Positions 27,752 through 39,368 of a DNA stretch of 64,000 nucleotides are shown piece by piece. How positions within the stretch are numbered: position 1 is the first letter of the stretch; every line of letters begins with the position of its first letter. The DNA lies in assembly GCA_016708315.1 (NCBI GenBank), contig JADJGC010000004.1, positions 2,000 through 65,999 on the forward strand. The letters run 5' to 3'. Below the pieces are notes generated by a model, which was not told where the DNA came from, searched no databases, and saw nothing but the letters and a program-made list of their open reading frames with translations. The translations under genes and the position numbers were made by a program. Source of the stretch: a bacterium. GTDB lineage: Bacteria; Zixibacteria; MSB-5A5; CAIYYT01.

Positions 27752-28954
27752 ATGCATGGACATGTAGACGACTTGGAAGTCGCTGCGACAAAAGGGCTGA
27801 ACTTCGAACTGCCATCTGTTGTATTCTCCGGTATCGTTGCCGTCCGTGATCGATTGCTGCAACTGCCAAATCCTCTGCGCCTCGAATCGGGCGACCCGAA
27901 TTTCGATACTCCGGATCACATCAAAGAGGCCGCCGCCAAGGCTATCCGCGACAATCACACCCACTACGCGCCGTCGACGGGAATAAAACCGCTTCGAGAT
28001 TCAATCGTCAAGAAAGTCGCTCGCAAGAACAAGATTACTAATATCACAAACCCGGATCAGGTTTTGGTGACCAACGGCGGCATGCACGGGCTATATTGCG
28101 CCTTCCGCACCATTCTCAATCCGGGCGACGAAGTTCTCATCCCCCAACCAAATTGGACTTCGACTGCGTGGATCATACGGATCGCCGGCGGCGTTCCCGT
28201 TACAGTTCGTCTTCATCGTGAATTCGAATATCGCTGGGATATCAACGAGCTAAAATCGAAGATCACCGACAAGACCAAAGCAGTTCTTATCAACTCTCCT
28301 CAAAATCCAACCGGTGCTGTGATGTCGCGGCAGGACTTGATTGACTTGCTCGATGTCGCCGCAGAGCATGACCTCTTCGTCATCGGTGATGAAGCCTATG
28401 AAGACATCATTTTTGAGGGCGAGCACAATTGCATTGCAGCACTTGCTTGCGAGTATCCGCGCCGGGTGCAGGACAAGATGATTTCCTGTTTTACATTCTC
28501 CAAGAGCTATGCGATGACAGGATGGCGTCTCGGCTATCTCACCTGCACCGATGCTGAATTCAACGAGAATGCCAAGAAGATGATACTCTATACCATCAAC
28601 GGCGTTTCTACTCCGACGCAATATGCCGGACTTGCCGCCCTCGAAGGTCCGCAAGACGCCATCGGAAAGATGGTCGCCGAGTATAAACTTCGTCGCGACA
28701 TTCTCTTCGATGCCGTCAATGCAACCGAGTTCATGCATTGCGACATGAAGCCCAAAGGCGCAGTCTATTTGTATGCCCGAATTACTGACAAGTGGCAAGG
28801 CACCGAATGGGATCTTGTGAACTACCTGATCGAGCACTACTCCCTCGGATCAGTGCCGGGCGAAGAGTTTGCCGACGACGAGAAGTCGATTCGCTTTGCC
28901 TACGCGTGTTCGACCGACATGGTTCGTCGCACTATTGAGGCGCTAAAGAAGTAG
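27752..28954 (+). CDS. pyridoxal-phosphate-dependent class I aminotransferase (aspartate aminotransferase-like)
   Basis: Motifs are SGDPNFDTP, NSPQNPTG and SKSYAMTGWRLGY (PLP lysine). ATG 27752 is preceded by GGAAGAGGA and lies within the longer ORF. Confidence 0.88.
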   Translation: MHGHVDDLEVAATKGLNFELPSVVFSGIVAVRDRLLQLPNPLRLESGDPNFDTPDHIKEAAAKAIRDNHTHYAPSTGIKPLRDSIVKKVARKNKITNITNPDQVLVTNGGMHGLYCAFRTILNPGDEVLIPQPNWTSTAWIIRIAGGVPVTVRLHREFEYRWDINELKSKITDKTKAVLINSPQNPTGAVMSRQDLIDLLDVAAEHDLFVIGDEAYEDIIFEGEHNCIAALACEYPRRVQDKMISCFTFSKSYAMTGWRLGYLTCTDAEFNENAKKMILYTINGVSTPTQYAGLAALEGPQDAIGKMVAEYKLRRDILFDAVNATEFMHCDMKPKGAVYLYARITDKWQGTEWDLVNYLIEHYSLGSVPGEEFADDEKSIRFAYACSTDMVRRTIEALKK

Positions 28955-29043
28955 ACATCGCAGATACATATTGACAGCGGTCGATTTCGCAGTACTTTAG
29001 AAAGTGGCTGGTCCTCCAGGAACTTTCTAAAGGCGAACACAAA

Positions 29044-29673
29044 ATGCGGATTCGATTCCAACTTCTTATTGCCATTTTGATTCTCGGCCCGTTGCCATTT
29101 GCGAGTCCGTCTCTAAACTCGGCAGCGGCCAGAGCAGAATCGGTCGCCTCCGAAAATTCCTACCGAGGGTTTTCGCTTCAAGCAAAACCCAGGCAATTCT
29201 GTTCATCATATCTTGTAACTGAACTTGCGCTGCTGTTTCGTGCGGTCAATTCGCAAGTCACTACCAACTTGCTTCGACGCGACGGCACACACCGCTACGG
29301 TGAAGACTTCGGTTTGCGATTCGGCGCCCAGGGAAATCTCGGACTGATGATCAACGTATCGCGATCAGCATCTTTGGGATTGGTTGGATTTGGTGTCATC
29401 GAAGAGCATCGTCCCCGAGCTGGGGTAAAACTTCGGTACCGTTTCTGGGAATGGGTCGGCACAGCAATAGACCTTGAGGGAGGATTGGTTGTCGATCTCG
29501 CCAAGGATGATTTTTCCACGGATCTCAATCGGCGACAATGGGTTGTTACCGGACTCTCATTAAGCCATACTCAATTCGTACACTTTGTATTTCAAGTAGA
29601 ATCGTGGCTTCAGGATTATCCGCCCAATCGCCGCACGTCTGCCGCCTACCTCGGATTAAGATTTGGATATTAA
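29044..29673 (+). CDS. small outer-membrane beta-barrel-like protein, hypothetical
   Basis: It has a signal peptide, alternating hydrophobic strands, and a C-terminal aromatic ending (LGLRFGY). Confidence 0.55.
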   Translation: MRIRFQLLIAILILGPLPFASPSLNSAAARAESVASENSYRGFSLQAKPRQFCSSYLVTELALLFRAVNSQVTTNLLRRDGTHRYGEDFGLRFGAQGNLGLMINVSRSASLGLVGFGVIEEHRPRAGVKLRYRFWEWVGTAIDLEGGLVVDLAKDDFSTDLNRRQWVVTGLSLSHTQFVHFVFQVESWLQDYPPNRRTSAAYLGLRFGY

Positions 29674-29745
29674 GGTAGAGATTCCACTTTTCACTGATTA
29701 TATTTCCCGCAGATATTCTGACGATTTCGCCCGAGGTATGATTGT

Positions 29746-30459
29746 ATGTCAACTGAGATCAACATCCTGCTCATAACCGCCGCTTCAATCGGATTTATTC
29801 ACACCCTCATTGGTCCTGACCACTACCTCCCCTTCATCATGATGTCCAAAGCCAGAGGCTGGTCGGTCACCAAGACCATGTGGATCACCTTGGCCTGCGG
29901 AATTGGCCATGTTGCAAGCAGTGTTGTGCTTGGATTCCTGGGCATAGCTCTTGGCATGGCAGTTGGCGAACTCGAGGCAATTGAGTCAATTCGTGGCGAC
30001 CTCGCTGCCTGGGCGTTGATAGCCTTTGGCTTGGTCTACGCTGTCTGGGGATTCCGTCGCGCTATGCGCAACCATCCACATACCCACACTCACTTGGCTG
30101 GCAAGCTAGCGGGCATAACGCATGTTCACTCTCATTCAGCCGGCGAAATTCACGAGCACCCGGAAGGGAACAAAGCCAACATCACTCCTTGGGTGCTATT
30201 CACCGTATTCGTCCTTGGACCGTGCGAGCCCCTCATTCCAATCCTGATGTATCCGGCGTCACAGCACAACTTCGGCGGCGTCGCTGCCGTAACATTGACT
30301 TTTGGTCTGACTACAATCGCAACCATGATGACAATAGTCCTCGTGACATCCTATGGATTCAAGCTGCTGCCCATGGGAAAACTTGACCGCTTTTCGCACG
30401 CCATTGCCGGTTCGACAATCGCGCTCAGTGGCCTAGCGATCAAGGTATTAGGCATATAG
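29746..30459 (+). CDS. metal-ion transporter-like membrane protein with His-rich loop (HupE/UreJ- or NicO-like H-x5-DH motif)
   Basis: It has 6 TM helices, the motif GFIHTLIGPDHYLPF in TM1, and the cytoplasmic loop HPHTHTHLAGKLAGITHVHSHSAGEIHEHPEG. Family assignment is uncertain. Confidence 0.5.
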   Translation: MSTEINILLITAASIGFIHTLIGPDHYLPFIMMSKARGWSVTKTMWITLACGIGHVASSVVLGFLGIALGMAVGELEAIESIRGDLAAWALIAFGLVYAVWGFRRAMRNHPHTHTHLAGKLAGITHVHSHSAGEIHEHPEGNKANITPWVLFTVFVLGPCEPLIPILMYPASQHNFGGVAAVTLTFGLTTIATMMTIVLVTSYGFKLLPMGKLDRFSHAIAGSTIALSGLAIKVLGI

Positions 30460-30467
30460 GAGGGAAT

Positions 30468-30998
30468 TTGGGATTCCTAAAAAATAACAGCGGCGCATCC
30501 AAAATCGACCGTCCCAAGATTGAAGTCCCCCGAACCAGAATAGACTACGCCCTGGAAATTCTGGCAGCAATCGGAGTCTTCTTGGGACTGTACGAGTTGC
30601 TTGTCAACTATTCCGCATTGCCGGCTTCGATTCCCACGCATTTCAATTTCAAGGGTGAGGTCGATTCCTGGGGTAGCAAAGAGACAATACTGATCCTTGG
30701 CGCTGGAATCATTGTGGTTCATGTCGTATTGACCTTCGTCAGCCGGATTCCCAACATGTACAATTTCCCATGGGAGATCACCAAAGAGAACGCCCCGCGT
30801 CAGTATCGACTCGCCCGCACCTTCATTACTTTGCTAAAAACAGAGATCGTCTGGCTCTTCGCCGCAATAGTCAGCGAAACCGTCAAGGTTGCTCTCGGAC
30901 AATCCAATCAAATGCAACCATCAAACCTGTACCTGTTTCTTGGACTCATAACCACTTCGGTGGTAGGTTACTTTATCGTCTCTTACAGAGCTCGCTGA
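30468..30998 (+). CDS. DUF1648-domain membrane protein
   Basis: The TTG start lies after GGAGGGA. The motif LPASIPTHFNFKGEVDSWGSKE after the first TM is typical of DUF1648, and there are 4 TM helices. Confidence 0.65.
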   Translation: MGFLKNNSGASKIDRPKIEVPRTRIDYALEILAAIGVFLGLYELLVNYSALPASIPTHFNFKGEVDSWGSKETILILGAGIIVVHVVLTFVSRIPNMYNFPWEITKENAPRQYRLARTFITLLKTEIVWLFAAIVSETVKVALGQSNQMQPSNLYLFLGLITTSVVGYFIVSYRAR

Positions 30999-31026
30999 GC
31001 AAAATCGGCTACTGCACTGAAATCAT

Positions 31027-31635
31027 CTATTCGCCTTCTGGGCGTGGCTTACGTTCCCTCGGCACAATACCGTGGCTCGCCAGCATCGTCAGGGAATTAT
31101 TGACAAAGCTCGCAATTGAATCCTTTTCTTCTTGCGACAATGAAGCGCTCCAATGCATGAACTTATACTTGCCCGGAGGCATGGCACCCTCTTCGACCTC
31201 GCGCGCGAGCTTTTTTAGATCATCAACCGGAGCTCGGTTGCTTACGAATGGAAACCCTTTGGACATATCGAGCTCGGCGCGAGCTTCTTCTATGTCATGG
31301 TCAATCATTCCCTTTACGAATGGCAGCTTGTAGTACCACGGATAATCTGTCCGGTCCGTATGGCAGTCGTTGCAGGCTTTCTGCCAGATAGGTTCGAGTT
31401 TCACGAATTCCTGCTGTACGATCGCATACAGCGAATCAACATTCACTTCTGCCTGCCCTGAGATTGCATTTTCGGCAACAGAATCTTCAATTTTCTCATT
31501 GTCTGCCAAAATTGATGCAGAGTAGACCAACTGACAGATCGCGAAAACAACAACGGCAAACATCAGCCACATACGGGCGAATTTTGAAGACAAAACTACC
31601 TCCGGAAAGTTTGGTTTATGCACGCAACTTAACAT
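31027..31635 (-). CDS. haem-binding-domain (Haem_bd family) membrane-anchored protein
   Basis: Motifs are CNDCHTDRTDYPWYYKLPFVKGMIDHDIEEA, MPPGKYKFMHW and LSQEEKDSI. The start may be the internal MWLMF. Confidence 0.7.
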   Translation of the reverse strand: MLSCVHKPNFPEVVLSSKFARMWLMFAVVVFAICQLVYSASILADNEKIEDSVAENAISGQAEVNVDSLYAIVQQEFVKLEPIWQKACNDCHTDRTDYPWYYKLPFVKGMIDHDIEEARAELDMSKGFPFVSNRAPVDDLKKLAREVEEGAMPPGKYKFMHWSASLSQEEKDSIASFVNNSLTMLASHGIVPRERKPRPEGE

Positions 31636-31773
31636 GTAACATCAACTGCGACAAGATGGTTTCCCCGACTCAGCACAATTTTGGTCGAGATAAAGGATTT
31701 GACAATTGTTGACAATGTCGTAACTTTAGCGCCGTTTTTGATTAAGCTGTAAACCTGCGGAGGAGCCGTGAAT

Positions 31774-32196
31774 ATGCTGTTCAGAGCCATTATGATTTGT
31801 CTTGCTGTGCTGATGGTCGGTGCGCTGGTATCTTGTGCGTCAGAGGCACCCGAAACTCAGAAACTTTACACTGATGCCAAGCAGATGTGGGACGAGCTAA
31901 ACAGAGCGTTCACTCTCGAAAAAGGCCAGGCGCGCATCGATCTGATGGGTAAGATTTTGAACGAAGAATGGGACGTCAAGATCATCACCAATCTCGAAGC
32001 TTATCTCAAGGCCGCGCCAACAGGAAAGTTCGCATCCGAGGCTACGGCACTCTTGAGCGAAGCGAAGAATTCCGACAGACTTAAGATGCTCGGACAGACG
32101 AGGCCGATGCTGCAGATGATTGGTGGAGCGCCTAAGACTCCCGAACAAGTTGACTCTCTTGCCAAACAGGCGGCGCCGCCAGACACAACAAAATAG
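31774..32196 (+). CDS. small lipoprotein, hypothetical
   Basis: GGAGGAG lies 10 nt upstream of ATG 31774, and the lipobox is GALVSC. Confidence 0.6.
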   Translation: MLFRAIMICLAVLMVGALVSCASEAPETQKLYTDAKQMWDELNRAFTLEKGQARIDLMGKILNEEWDVKIITNLEAYLKAAPTGKFASEATALLSEAKNSDRLKMLGQTRPMLQMIGGAPKTPEQVDSLAKQAAPPDTTK

Positions 32197-32238
32197 TCAA
32201 CTTCGGTCCCTGCCAGCGTATATAACATTGACACTTCC

Positions 32239-32266
32239 AGCCGCCGGTGAAACAGAGCCGGCGGCT
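32239..32266 (+). terminator. GC-rich hairpin after lipoprotein gene, just upstream of secA
   Basis: The 9-bp stem is AGCCGCCGG / CCGGCGGCT with a 10-nt loop. There is no T-tract. It lies between a TTGACA and a TATAAT hexamer. Confidence 0.35.
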
Positions 32267-32303
32267 CCGTAGTATAATCACCAAGGAAAACAAAGAGCAT
32301 AGA

Positions 32304-35402
<3,099 letters not shown>

Positions 35403-35438
35403 CACGATCTCATTATTCAGAATCGCTTAGTGAGTTAA

Positions 35439-35469
35439 CGGCAGGGTGAAGACCCTGCCGTTTTCATTT
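35439..35469 (+). terminator. intrinsic terminator of secA
   Basis: The stem is CGGCAGGGT / ACCCTGCCG with loop GAAG, followed by TTTTCATTT. Confidence 0.8.
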
Positions 35470-35506
35470 AGGGGATATCTGTAGATATGCGGAAGAAGCG
35501 AAAACC

Positions 35507-36811
35507 CTATTTGAACTGATAAGTCAGATTACCACTCAGCAAGTACAGAAATACATCATCTTCTTTATCGTCGTGGTATTCAAAACTCGAACCACCGACT
35601 ACGGAAAAACGTATCCGGTCCGACAGATTGAGATCCGCAAGCAAATCCAGATTCACGAACCAGTGGTCAGTATAGAATTCAGAATCATTGTTCAGGTAGT
35701 TGCGCCATCCAAGTTGACTGTCCAGACTGAATGAATATTTCCGCGAAGAGAGATTCTCATATCCGGCGAGCAGTTTTGTTGCCTGATAATCTTGTTCGTT
35801 GTAAATAGAATCAGCTGCCTGAAAGCGCTCGCGCGCAATACCAATGCTGAATGTTGACAGAAGATTGTAGCGATAATCCAACTCCATTTGCGTCATCACG
35901 CGCCAGTGTGAGAATGTCGCGAGCCCCTGAACATCAAAATCATAGTATTGCACTTCCAACTGGGGTGAGAGCTCTAATTGCTCTGCAACTGAGAATGAAG
36001 CATCGAAGTATGGTCCGAAGAAGTAGTAATTGTCATCTGAGCTGTCCCACGAGTAGCTCTTTCTTTCCAGATAGATTCGTGATTGAATCGACCGCGAGGC
36101 ACCAATGTAGTCCAATCCAATTTCAGCAATGCCCTTGCTAAAGTCGAGCAACGACGAATCATAGCTGTCGCGTCTGTCGTATCGCAGCGCAAACTCCAAT
36201 GCCGAGAAATCCGCAATGTTGCGGGTTATCCGCACCCGTGATTCATGCTGGCGGTATCCATAAACCGACTCTGAGCGGTTGTCGTATCCTGTGTACTCAA
36301 ACTCTTGAGAGATTTCCGCCTCCCAGTCTTCGTTCTTGAAAAATGCAAATCCGAGTCGCGAACTGTTTTGGAAGCGGCTGTCATAGATGTTGAAATCATC
36401 TGAACCGGCATATGACTTGAACTCGGCATCCGAGGTGAGCTTCCAAGCACCCCATTCAATTCTGAAGTTGATCTGATTGCGAAGCTTCTCGTCAGAAAGG
36501 AAAGTGTTGTTCGTAAAGACGACCTTCGCGGGACCTTTTCGCTGAAGTTCGAGACGGAGATTTACACCCCTTTCGTCCAACCGATCAGAGTAGCTTCGCA
36601 ACTCCGCCAACGAATCGTCGCTGATTCCAAGTGTGTCGATATCGCGAAGATAATAATCCTGCGAAATGAAATCGTAGTTTAGCCCCGCCTTTCCTTTCCA
36701 TTCCCAACTTCCGGCATAAACCGGCACTGAAATGAAAACAAGAACTAAGAAAAGAAAAAGTCTCTTCGGCGCAGCGCTGAAGAGACTCCGCTTAGCAAAA
36801 ATATCCTGCAT
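35507..36811 (-). CDS. predicted outer-membrane beta-barrel protein, uncharacterised; translationally abutting the upstream helical-repeat gene
   Basis: This 434-aa ORF has a signal peptide (LFLFLVLVFISVPVYAG), Tyr/Asp/Ser-rich alternating strands throughout, and the C-terminus ..GNLTYQFK. Its ATG follows directly after the TAG of the preceding gene. Confidence 0.7.
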   Translation of the reverse strand: MQDIFAKRSLFSAAPKRLFLFLVLVFISVPVYAGSWEWKGKAGLNYDFISQDYYLRDIDTLGISDDSLAELRSYSDRLDERGVNLRLELQRKGPAKVVFTNNTFLSDEKLRNQINFRIEWGAWKLTSDAEFKSYAGSDDFNIYDSRFQNSSRLGFAFFKNEDWEAEISQEFEYTGYDNRSESVYGYRQHESRVRITRNIADFSALEFALRYDRRDSYDSSLLDFSKGIAEIGLDYIGASRSIQSRIYLERKSYSWDSSDDNYYFFGPYFDASFSVAEQLELSPQLEVQYYDFDVQGLATFSHWRVMTQMELDYRYNLLSTFSIGIARERFQAADSIYNEQDYQATKLLAGYENLSSRKYSFSLDSQLGWRNYLNNDSEFYTDHWFVNLDLLADLNLSDRIRFSVVGGSSFEYHDDKEDDVFLYLLSGNLTYQFK

Positions 36812-37876
36812 CTACCAGGCTCCGAGAATCCTGGCAGCCTGTTGGTTGAGTTCGATAACGACGCGCACTATTACCAGAGCACGCTGCTCCTCGCCGCGTT
36901 CGTGCAAAGTGCGTGCCTGATCCAGTTTCTCGGTGGCCTCATCAAGCAGTTTGTCAGCATCGTGACTGCCGGTTTCCTGCGCGCGCTCACGCAATCGCTC
37001 GAGTTGCGATTGAGCCGTAGCGATGGCACGCTCGGAATCGGTTATCGCACCTGATTCTCCACACATCTGCACGGCGCGTCGCACTCGGGTGACTCCGCTT
37101 GCCAGCAAACGAATCGACTCTTCGAAACTGCCAGACTCGTATGCTTGATCCGCCTTGTCAATCTGCTCCTCACCGGAATCGAAAAGCCTCTTTGCCGATT
37201 CATCCTTGCAGGAATTCATAGTTTCTGAATTGTCCGAAACGAAGTCCTGTGCCCGATCGAGGTTGAGTCGAAGATTTTCCCTCCGCCGTTCGCCTCCGCC
37301 CACATACTCGGTAAGGTTGCGACAGATATCCTGCGCACGGCGAGTAAACTGCAATGATTGACGAAGATTATTTTCGCTGAAGAAATCACGCGCCCGGTCC
37401 TGAAGCCGCTGAGCCTCCTGCAATCGCAGATCAAGAATCGGAGTTTCACCGCTTTGCGCGACCGCACGAATCTGTTCAATTAGTTCGTCTGTACGGTCAA
37501 GCTGCTGTTCAACCAACGAGCGATCTTCATCAGAACGCACCATTGAGCCGATGCAGCGCCTTGCCGCTTCCCGCGCTCGCAGTGTCGACTGCAACGCCAA
37601 TGCCAGACGTCCTCTCTCGAGAAGCTCTAATGCCCGATCTTGGGATTGCTCAGCCTGACGCAACAATGCTGTCGTCTTCTGGTCTCGCGATTGGTCGACT
37701 GACTTACGCGCTTGCTCAATGATATTGTCAGTCTGCTCAATCTCCTGCTTCACGCGATCCCGGTCAAGAACCTGTCCGTAGGCACTACCGCTCAAGACCG
37801 CTATCGAAAAGAGCAAAACGGTGACGGCTATCCACATGGTCGATTGTATTTTCATTTCTCGTAAGCTTCTCTTCAT
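36812..37876 (-). CDS. secreted all-helical protein made of four ~72-aa repeats, uncharacterised
   Basis: GAGGA lies upstream of the ATG, and the signal peptide is MWIAVTVLLFSIAVLSGSAYG. Four repeats align by eye (see findings). Confidence 0.7.
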   Translation of the reverse strand: MKRSLREMKIQSTMWIAVTVLLFSIAVLSGSAYGQVLDRDRVKQEIEQTDNIIEQARKSVDQSRDQKTTALLRQAEQSQDRALELLERGRLALALQSTLRAREAARRCIGSMVRSDEDRSLVEQQLDRTDELIEQIRAVAQSGETPILDLRLQEAQRLQDRARDFFSENNLRQSLQFTRRAQDICRNLTEYVGGGERRRENLRLNLDRAQDFVSDNSETMNSCKDESAKRLFDSGEEQIDKADQAYESGSFEESIRLLASGVTRVRRAVQMCGESGAITDSERAIATAQSQLERLRERAQETGSHDADKLLDEATEKLDQARTLHERGEEQRALVIVRVVIELNQQAARILGAW

Positions 37877-37897
37877 AATATCCTCGAATTGGATATT

Positions 37898-37913
37898 CTC
37901 AAAATCCGTGCCG
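37898..37913 (-). promoter_or_regulatory. candidate sigma-54 (-24/-12-like) promoter of the helical-repeat/beta-barrel operon
   Basis: The minus strand reads CGGCACGgattTTGAG, against the consensus TGGCACG-N4-TTGCW. The -12 GC is GA here. It lies about 22 nt upstream of ATG 37876 and directly downstream of a GAFTGA-type activator gene. Confidence 0.4.
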
Positions 37914-38027
37914 GAATTGCGGATTTCACGAGTTTTCCTAAGGCGTTCATTTTGAGGATGTTAGAAACACCGGAAACTGCACCTTCCAACCCTGACAAAA
38001 ACGCACGGCCGGAGTGTACCATTAGGT

Positions 38028-39368
38028 TCATTTATATGTACCATCCGGTCCAGAATTGATGCCGTAGATCTTCATTCGCGAGTACAGACGCCTGCGTGTA
38101 ATCTTGAGCTTCTCCGCCGCGACTGTCTTCCTGCCGCCGCTTTGATTAAGCGCATCCACAATCATCCTGCGTTCAGTGTCATTTATCCCGCCCGGCTCGT
38201 GTTCCAACACTTGTTCGTCAGCCTGAATTCCAAGCAGATCCGGACTCAAAGGTTCACCATCGGCGAGTATCACGGCACGCTCGATGATGTTTTTCAATTC
38301 CCGAACATTGCCGGGGTATGCATAGCGCTTGAGTGTTTCCACGCAGTCGTTAGACAATCCGCCATGAGTATAGCTATGACGCTTAAGAAAGTACTCTGCC
38401 AACGGCACAATGTCATCCTGCCTCTCGCGTAACGGCGGAATTGCCATAGGAAAGACACTCAACCTGAAGAACAAATCTTCGCGAAACGACCCGTTCTCCA
38501 TCAGCGCCTTAAGGTCTCGATTCGTTGCAGCAATTATGCGAGCATCGGAACGTAAGGTCTCTGTCCCGCCGACACGCACGAATTGCCCCAGTTCCAGCAC
38601 ACGCAGCAGTTTGGCCTGCATCGATTGTGAGATTTCGCCGATTTCATCGAGGAACAGAGTCCCTCCCTGTGCCAGCTCGAATCGCCCAGGCTTGCGTTTC
38701 ACCGCGCCGGTGAATGCGCCTTTTTCATGGCCAAACAGTTCTGACTCCAACAATGTCTCGCTCAGTGCGGCGCAGTTAAGTGCAATAAACGGTCCCGATT
38801 GGCGCGGCGACCGCTTATGAATCATATTGGCGACCAGTTCCTTGCCGGTACCTGATTCACCAAGCAGAAGCACCGTGGATTCCCGCTTGGCGACCTTGTC
38901 TATCATCTCAAAAAGTTGTTTGACGCCTGCCGACTTGCCGACAAACTCTCCAACTGCAAACTGCTCATAGTCGGCGACAAACTGCTCATTGAGTACCTTG
39001 ATTCGCCGATTGTCCAGAAAGCGGTCAACCAATATTGTCAGTTCGTCCAATGAGAACGGTTTGATCAAGTAATCATACGCTCCATTCTTCATCGCCATAA
39101 CTGCTGACTCTGCTGTTGCGTAAGCCGTCATCAAGATGACACCGGTATCCGGCGCGATTTGACTCGCCTGCTTGAGAATCTCCAACCCATCCGGCGGGGA
39201 CATTCGGAGATCGGAAATCACGAGATCGTACGATCCGCCGTTAAGCGCCTTAATCGCAAGGTCGCCTGAATTGTGTACTGTGACTGTGTGACCGGCATCC
39301 TCCAGTGTGGAAGCAACCAGCATCGCCATTTTGGCTTCATCATCAACTACGAGAATCTTCGCCATCAA
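38028..39368 (-). CDS. sigma-54-dependent response regulator (NtrC/AtoC class: REC + AAA+ + Fis-type HTH)
   Basis: Motifs are REC (ILVVDDE, DLVISDLRM, KPF), Walker A GESGTGKE, the sigma-54 contact loop EKGAFTGA, and C-terminal HTH AAEKLKITRRRLYSRM. Confidence 0.92.
   Translation of the reverse strand: MMAKILVVDDEAKMAMLVASTLEDAGHTVTVHNSGDLAIKALNGGSYDLVISDLRMSPPDGLEILKQASQIAPDTGVILMTAYATAESAVMAMKNGAYDYLIKPFSLDELTILVDRFLDNRRIKVLNEQFVADYEQFAVGEFVGKSAGVKQLFEMIDKVAKRESTVLLLGESGTGKELVANMIHKRSPRQSGPFIALNCAALSETLLESELFGHEKGAFTGAVKRKPGRFELAQGGTLFLDEIGEISQSMQAKLLRVLELGQFVRVGGTETLRSDARIIAATNRDLKALMENGSFREDLFFRLSVFPMAIPPLRERQDDIVPLAEYFLKRHSYTHGGLSNDCVETLKRYAYPGNVRELKNIIERAVILADGEPLSPDLLGIQADEQVLEHEPGGINDTERRMIVDALNQSGGRKTVAAEKLKITRRRLYSRMKIYGINSGPDGTYK

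Noticed and set aside
32228-32278. TTGACA plus TATAAT read as a single strong promoter.
   Set aside because: A 39-nt spacer is incompatible with sigma-70 geometry. I kept it only as an observation.
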